From Gammaproteobacteria bacterium (GTDB lineage Bacteria; Pseudomonadota; Gammaproteobacteria; Pseudomonadales; Balneatricaceae): DNA of 63,713 nt. A model generated the notes under the pieces. That model worked only from the letters and a program-made list of their open reading frames with translations, did not search any database and was not told the origin of the DNA. The DNA is taken from assembly GCA_028598985.1 (NCBI GenBank), contig JAQRMV010000002.1:1-63713 (forward strand), given 5' to 3'. The position numbers and the translations under genes were made by a program. This document shows positions 58,463 through 63,713 of this stretch, piece after piece; the stretch's first letter is position 1, and every line of letters starts with the position of its first letter.

Positions 58463-59965
58463 TCATTCACATCTGGCTATTTCTGAGTTGGCCTTATACA
58501 TGATATACGGGTCTATTGGATTAAAAGCGTTCGTAGAGTTGTCGATGATGCCAAGCGCCAAATCATTAGCAAAGGCATAGTCGAACGTGCAATGTGCGTA
58601 TTTCTGTAGTTCTGGCCTATATAGGTCCACATAACGGGCCATGTTTCTGACTAAAGATTCATAGGTTACCTTCGATTGACGACGAATTTTATTGGCCGAC
58701 CACTTCTTATACTCAGAAGAGCGCACGCCTCGGTATTCTTTTGTTAGCTTTACGTATTTCCACAGCAGCTGCGGGTCTTCATAAATGTCGATTTGCTTGC
58801 CCATGATGTCTTTTATGAGAAGCCCGGAAGGTGTTTTATGGGCCAAGAAATCATACCCAAGGGTATGGAATATTTCAGTTAATACCCCAAGGTATTGAGG
58901 CACGTGAGCGGTATAGTGAAAAGCGTTGGGGCCTTTGTTGGCCCAAGTTGTAAATATGCCGTCTTTATCAAAATAGCTTAGCTGCATTTTAGTGTGTTTA
59001 ATGCCTAGCTTAAAAAGCTCTTCATCACCTAAGCGTAGCCCTAAAACGATTTGCCCAACTAAGGCTTTCCACATGGAGCTGCCGCAGGCATTCGGATCGA
59101 TGGAGTATTTTGAGATGCCCCGCACAGTACGGGACAAATTGTTTGGATTACACTCTTTACGCCCATCGTCCACCATGTATTTTGGGTTAAGCGTCTTGAG
59201 TTTTTTAGTTAAGTAGCGGTTAACTGCTTTTCGTTCCTCTGCGTTGAACGGGTATTCGTCGTAATAAATAGCATAATGAGCAGACATCACGGCAATGGCG
59301 GCAGTAGACTGATAATAATAATGTTGCTGGTGGTTTTTTTTGATATTACGAGGGACAGAAATTTCGTCGTTGTTGGCCCAATGAATTAACGCTGTCGATA
59401 AGTGTTCGGGGATTTTTCCTTTGCGCATACTGTCGGCAGACATTTCGCCTAAACAACGCCCAAAAGTGACTTGGCGATACATGTCCGTCTTCTCTTCGCC
59501 CAGCAATGAGTTAGACATATCAATTTCCTTAATAACCCCCAGCTCAAACTTCATTGCTTTGCGCCATTGAGTCATGACGGTGGCGCATCGCTCTTTTATC
59601 GCCGCGCCATAGTCACCATCAAAGCCTGTAGACCCTGCGTAAATTTTATAGCCTTTGCGCTCTTCTTCGAACTCGCTCATATTTTGGTATGGAACCCAAT
59701 TTGAAGGAACGGTTAATTCATCTAAACCGTCGGGGGTGCTCCAACTAGAGGCTCCAGAAGAGCCAGACTGCTTTTGTTTGGCTTGTTTTGGTGCTTCGCA
59801 ATTAAGTCCGCGTCGAGTAGCTTCTTCAAGGTAGTCGGATCGATTGTCATTTTTAATCAGGCGGCAAACGGTTTTGTCGGACCAGTTGGAAAAATCCTGC
59901 GCCATAGCCGTAGAGGCTGATAGCACAATGGAAGAAGAAATAATCATAGTATGCAACAGTTTCAT
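58463..59965 (-). CDS. Secreted Cys-rich hypothetical protein, paralog A (WSDKTVCRL module plus alginate-lyase-like helical domain)
   Basis: AAGGA RBS, signal peptide ending AMA-Q, Ser/Gly/Lys/Gln linker, FDKDG...KGPNAFHY...EIF..LGYDF. Confidence 0.7.
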   Translation of the reverse strand: MKLLHTMIISSSIVLSASTAMAQDFSNWSDKTVCRLIKNDNRSDYLEEATRRGLNCEAPKQAKQKQSGSSGASSWSTPDGLDELTVPSNWVPYQNMSEFEEERKGYKIYAGSTGFDGDYGAAIKERCATVMTQWRKAMKFELGVIKEIDMSNSLLGEEKTDMYRQVTFGRCLGEMSADSMRKGKIPEHLSTALIHWANNDEISVPRNIKKNHQQHYYYQSTAAIAVMSAHYAIYYDEYPFNAEERKAVNRYLTKKLKTLNPKYMVDDGRKECNPNNLSRTVRGISKYSIDPNACGSSMWKALVGQIVLGLRLGDEELFKLGIKHTKMQLSYFDKDGIFTTWANKGPNAFHYTAHVPQYLGVLTEIFHTLGYDFLAHKTPSGLLIKDIMGKQIDIYEDPQLLWKYVKLTKEYRGVRSSEYKKWSANKIRRQSKVTYESLVRNMARYVDLYRPELQKYAHCTFDYAFANDLALGIIDNSTNAFNPIDPYIMYKANSEIARCE

Positions 59966-60027
59966 ACATCATCCTTGGAGCTAAATACGGTGCTTAATAA
60001 TATTAGGTTCGGGCGACTTATTTAATA

Positions 60028-60047
60028 GATAGGTAATATTACCTATC
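60028..60047. promoter_or_regulatory. Perfect 20-bp palindromic operator candidate
   Basis: GATAGGTAAT|ATTACCTATC, 62 bp upstream of paralog A; no U-tract. Confidence 0.6.
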
Positions 60048-60300
60048 ATTAGCTTCTAAAAACAGAGCGCAAAATGTATAAATTGAGAGCATATGTACAC
60101 ATACTGAGCGTTCATTTTTACATTATGTTTGTTTGTGTTGCGCTGAAGGGCTTTGGCCCTGTATTTGCGATGGCCCAAGGTGCTACACGGTTAAATAAGT
60201 ATGGCTGGCGGGTCCAGGGGGCTATAGGATTGTTGGCTCGTGGCGCCTCATGCTAAACTCACCGCACAAAGCGCCCTAATGTGGCTGCGCTTGTTCGCTG

Positions 60301-62082
60301 GTGTCGAATACAAGGGTTTGGGTTGTGGAAAAAGGTAGTCAATTACATTATTTGTTGCTCCCATCAACTTTGGTGCGTACGTTTTTGTGGCTTTTAGCCG
60401 TGGCGACGGTGTTGATGGTATTTGCTAGCCAGGTGATTAACGGCCAAAAGGTAACCTTCGACAGTAATGCCAAAGAGGCTATTGGCTACGTTCATGAACA
60501 GCTTATTATTAATGATGCGGCACTTTCAGGGTTTGGTAGCTTGCTCACCAGCGTTGGCCCTAGCAGTCTCCAGCAAACGCGCGACTTCACCAAGCGCATG
60601 CGCGATGCCTACCCCCATATATATATGTTTGAGGCGTTGGTTAGTGTGGACCCAAGCCTTAAGCATGAGCATGAAGCGGCCATGCAAGAGGCGGGTTATA
60701 CAGACTACAAAATCACCCGCTATGTTTCAAAAAAGAACCCTACAAAACAGCCATACAATATGATCAAGGGAGTGCCAATGCACTTCCCGATCTTCTTTAT
60801 AGACCCATACTTAGATTCCGTTAAGGGCCTGATGGGTTTTGACATGATGTCTGCGCGCAATATGAGGGACACTCTTTTGGCTTCTTTGGCTTCCGGTTCG
60901 CCAACGGCTTCACAGCCCTATCAATTACGCGAAGGCGGCAAGGGTTATGTGTTGATTAAAGCGCTTGATACCTTGGCAGAGTCGGGCCCAAAATATTCTG
61001 ACGGAGGTCTGGCCGTTTTGCTTCTCATTAAAACGGATGCTCTATTGGCCGACGTAGCGGGTATTGTGCCGGCGGCAAATATTCGGTTGCTATATGGCGA
61101 AGATCGCAAATTAGCCGCACAACAAATTTTTCCAAAAGCATCACAACTGCCGTTGGTGGCAATTGACAGCCTAATGGTGGAACGTAAGTTTGATGACTTA
61201 GGCCAGCCGTTTACTTTATCTATCACTGGGACAGCTGGGTTTTATGCGCGGCACATACAGGTGATGGGGGTGTTGATTATTGTTATGTTGGTAGCCTATT
61301 GGTTTTATTACCGTAGTTTATTCGCTAAGTATGGTTTGCAATTACAGCGCGACGCGGCAGTCATTGAATTAAGCCAGCAACACGCCAAATTAGAGCTTAT
61401 GGTAGACAAAAGAACCCAACAGCTACAGCGAAAAAGTGATGAAAATACGCGCCTGGCGCAACAGCTTATTCGGGTACAAGAAGATCAATACCACCACATT
61501 GCAAGAGAATTGCATGACGAATTTGGCCAAACCCTAACGGCTATTAAAATCAATGCGCACATTTTAGAAAATGCACAAACAGTGGAAGGAATTGGCACCT
61601 ACGCTCAAGATATTACCAACCAAGCTGATGCTTTATATGCCACCATGCACGACATGATTGAAAGGCTCAGGCCAGAGGCGTTGGATATGTTTGGCTTAAA
61701 AGTGGCCGTTGAAGAATGTATATTGGGGTTCCACTTGGAGCAACAAAACATAGACTTAGACATTCACATTGATGATGCGGTGAATGATGTTGAAGAAATA
61801 TACTCCATTGCTAGTTATCGTATTGTGCAAGAGCTGGTAAACAATGCGGTGAAGTACGCCAAGCTCAGTAAATTACGTGTGGTATTGGAGGTAGTCGACC
61901 ACCACATGAACATTTGTGTTGAAGATGATGGTATAGGTTTTGATCCCATAGAGAACCAATTGGGCTTTGGTTTGTCTGGCTTGGACGAGCGGGCAAGGTC
62001 TTTAGGTGGTACTGTGGATATCAATACGGTCATCGGTGAAGGTGTACAAGTGTGTGTGCGCATACCGCTACAAACCCAATAA
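60301..62082 (+). CDS. CHASE-domain sensor histidine kinase, HisKA_3 (NarX/UhpB type), orphan
   Basis: Two TMs around FPIFFIDP..GFDMMS..ASQPYQL (CHASE-like); ARELHDEFGQTLTA, RIVQELVNNAVKYA, EDDGIGF, GFGLSGLDERA; start uncertain. Confidence 0.82.
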   Translation: MSNTRVWVVEKGSQLHYLLLPSTLVRTFLWLLAVATVLMVFASQVINGQKVTFDSNAKEAIGYVHEQLIINDAALSGFGSLLTSVGPSSLQQTRDFTKRMRDAYPHIYMFEALVSVDPSLKHEHEAAMQEAGYTDYKITRYVSKKNPTKQPYNMIKGVPMHFPIFFIDPYLDSVKGLMGFDMMSARNMRDTLLASLASGSPTASQPYQLREGGKGYVLIKALDTLAESGPKYSDGGLAVLLLIKTDALLADVAGIVPAANIRLLYGEDRKLAAQQIFPKASQLPLVAIDSLMVERKFDDLGQPFTLSITGTAGFYARHIQVMGVLIIVMLVAYWFYYRSLFAKYGLQLQRDAAVIELSQQHAKLELMVDKRTQQLQRKSDENTRLAQQLIRVQEDQYHHIARELHDEFGQTLTAIKINAHILENAQTVEGIGTYAQDITNQADALYATMHDMIERLRPEALDMFGLKVAVEECILGFHLEQQNIDLDIHIDDAVNDVEEIYSIASYRIVQELVNNAVKYAKLSKLRVVLEVVDHHMNICVEDDGIGFDPIENQLGFGLSGLDERARSLGGTVDINTVIGEGVQVCVRIPLQTQ

Positions 62083-62100
62083 GTAAGTGGAGATAATGCC

Positions 62101-62643
62101 ATGGATTTAGGTGCTAGATTAAAAGCCATTCGAAAACGTAAAGGGCTTTCGCAGCGCGAGTTAGGCAAGCGCGCGGGGGTGACTAACAGCACTATTTCTA
62201 TGATCGAAAAAAACACCGTCAGCCCTTCTTTTAGCTCCTTGCTAAAGGTGCTGAAGGGGTTTCCTATGGGCGTAGAAGAGTTTTTTACCGCCGATTTAGT
62301 CATGAGCAACCAAGTGGTGTTCAAGTCCGAAGAGCAGGCAGATATGAGCGCTCAAGGTGTGGCCATTAAGCTGATCGGCCACAGTGTGGCCGACCGCCAC
62401 ATTTCTATGTTAAACGAAACCTATCCTCCAGGTGCAGACACCGGTGAGGAGATGATTAAGTACGATGGCGAAGAAGCCGGTATGGTGGTGCAGGGGGAGA
62501 TTGAGCTCACCGTGGATTATCAGGTGTATCACTTATCCACAGGTGATGGGTATTTTTTTCACACCCACTTGCCGCACCGCTTCCGCAACTTAGGTGATGT
62601 GACTGCAAAAGTGGTGAGTGCCAATACCGGCACTAGTGGTTAA
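62101..62643 (+). CDS. puuR: XRE-cupin regulator of polyamine catabolism (PuuR/PauR-like)
   Basis: HTH LSQRELGKRAGVTNSTISMIE..VSPS plus cupin PGADTG..GEEAG..LPHRFRN; adjacent to puuB. Confidence 0.85.
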   Translation: MDLGARLKAIRKRKGLSQRELGKRAGVTNSTISMIEKNTVSPSFSSLLKVLKGFPMGVEEFFTADLVMSNQVVFKSEEQADMSAQGVAIKLIGHSVADRHISMLNETYPPGADTGEEMIKYDGEEAGMVVQGEIELTVDYQVYHLSTGDGYFFHTHLPHRFRNLGDVTAKVVSANTGTSG

Positions 62644-63713
62644 AGCATATCCCTTAAGCGATACCAAGCCATGGCTAGTACCAATGCGGGCGTCCGTAAC
62701 AAAGTGCCACCGGGAAAAGGTAAGTGATTGATCTCATTAAAAAGATCAAATCTTTCCGTTTGGCCTGCTACGGCTTCCGCTAACAACTTCCCTGCTAAAC
62801 CCGTGGCTGCAATACCATGACCAGAAAACCCTTGAGCAAAATATAAATCCTCACCTAAGTGGCCAAAATGCGGCCCACGGTTCATGGTTATTGCCACATT
62901 GCCGCCCCATGAGTAATCCATTTTTAGGTCTGCTAACTGCGGGAATACACTTAACATTCGCTGTTGCATCGAATGGGTTAGGTTAGGTGGGGTTAAGGTT
63001 GAATAACTCACACGGCCGCCAAAAAGCACTCGATAGTCGGCCGACATACGGAAATAATCCAGTACAAAATTGATATCTGCCACGGCCATGTTGTTTTTGA
63101 TTAGGGCGCAGGCCCGCTCCTTTCCTAAGGGCTCCGTAGCGCCAATATAAGTGCCCACGGGCATGATTTTACGGCTAATCTCCGGGACTAGGTTGCCCAT
63201 GTAAGCATTGCCACAAAATAACACTTGTTGCGCCGTCACTTGGCCTTGGTTTGTGTGGCAAACATTAGCTTTAGATTTTCGTGTCACCTTGGTCACCGCC
63301 GAATGGGTGTAAATAGTCACGCCGGCTTTGAGGGCGGCTTTAGCTAATCCAAGGGTGTAGTTTAGAGGGTGAATGTGGCCAGAATTGACATCAAAAAGCC
63401 CGCCAATGTAGCGCTCGCTGGCCATTTGAGATTGTACTTGTTGCTGGTCCCACAAGCTTAAACTCGTATAGCCATAGTGTTTTTCTAATGACGCTTGCCA
63501 CTCTTCTAGCTCTTGCATTTGCCTTGGCTTTATTGCGGCATGGAGATGGCCTTGTTGTAAATCGCACTGTATTTGATGCTGATCTACACGGTTTCGTAAG
63601 ATATCGATGGCTTCTATCGACATATCCCACATGGTTTTGGCAGCAGTTTTGCCGGCACACTTTTCAATCACTGGCATATCACAACCAAAACCAAAAATCA
63701 TTTGGCCGCCGCT
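62640..63713 (-). CDS. puuB: Gamma-glutamylputrescine oxidase-like FAD oxidoreductase (5' part beyond window end)
   Basis: Frame open to the window edge (SGGQMIFG); GHIHPLNY, VLDYFR, LFGGR, AQGFSGHG, PFPGG. Confidence 0.85.
   Translation of the reverse strand, partial: SGGQMIFGFGCDMPVIEKCAGKTAAKTMWDMSIEAIDILRNRVDQHQIQCDLQQGHLHAAIKPRQMQELEEWQASLEKHYGYTSLSLWDQQQVQSQMASERYIGGLFDVNSGHIHPLNYTLGLAKAALKAGVTIYTHSAVTKVTRKSKANVCHTNQGQVTAQQVLFCGNAYMGNLVPEISRKIMPVGTYIGATEPLGKERACALIKNNMAVADINFVLDYFRMSADYRVLFGGRVSYSTLTPPNLTHSMQQRMLSVFPQLADLKMDYSWGGNVAITMNRGPHFGHLGEDLYFAQGFSGHGIAATGLAGKLLAEAVAGQTERFDLFNEINHLPFPGGTLLRTPALVLAMAWYRLRDML

Noticed and set aside
60065-60256. Loose GAGC/ATGTA repeats about 20 bp apart and a 60-aa ORF
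   Set aside because: Repeats are too degenerate to call; the ORF has no convincing RBS or motif and sits in a divergent promoter region
56861-60300. Tn7-like transposon or island inserted at attTn7
   Set aside because: No TGT...ACA ends with TnsB-site repeats, target duplication, tns genes or integrase seen
62533-62541. Perfect DnaA box inside puuR
   Set aside because: Isolated, within coding sequence, and compatible with chance

Overview
This is the chromosomal replication-origin region of a gammaproteobacterium; the gene order is Pseudomonas/Oceanospirillales-like, which is an inference. Left arm: polA (5' end only), thrB, znuA/zur-znuCB-MATE, prlC, a small variable patch (gpt, EamA, a chimeric SDR pseudogene, YebC family, GFA), aroE-hemF-tsaC-dprA, def-fmt-rsmB-trkAH, lpxL and glyQS. 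Centre: gyrB-recF-dnaN-dnaA, rpmH-rnpA-yidC-mnmE, an unusual PhoB/PhoR-like pair with DUF47-PiT, and an AT-rich, GATC-free oriC at about 41.2-41.6 kb. Right arm: mnmG-rsmG-parAB, the atp operon, a collapsed ccdA::ccdB toxin-antitoxin relic and glmU-glmS. Two perfect parS sites lie left of the origin. The best candidate for an undescribed system lies just past glmS (the attTn7 hotspot). It is a tandem pair of divergent, secreted, Cys-rich paralogs with a shared 'WSDKTVCRL' N-terminal module and an alginate-lyase-like body lacking the catalytic NNH motif. A perfect 20-bp palindrome precedes the pair, and a divergent orphan CHASE histidine kinase follows it, then puuR and puuB (partial). I saw no rRNA, tRNA, CRISPR array or intact mobile element. 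All family calls come from reading motifs by eye, not from database searches.
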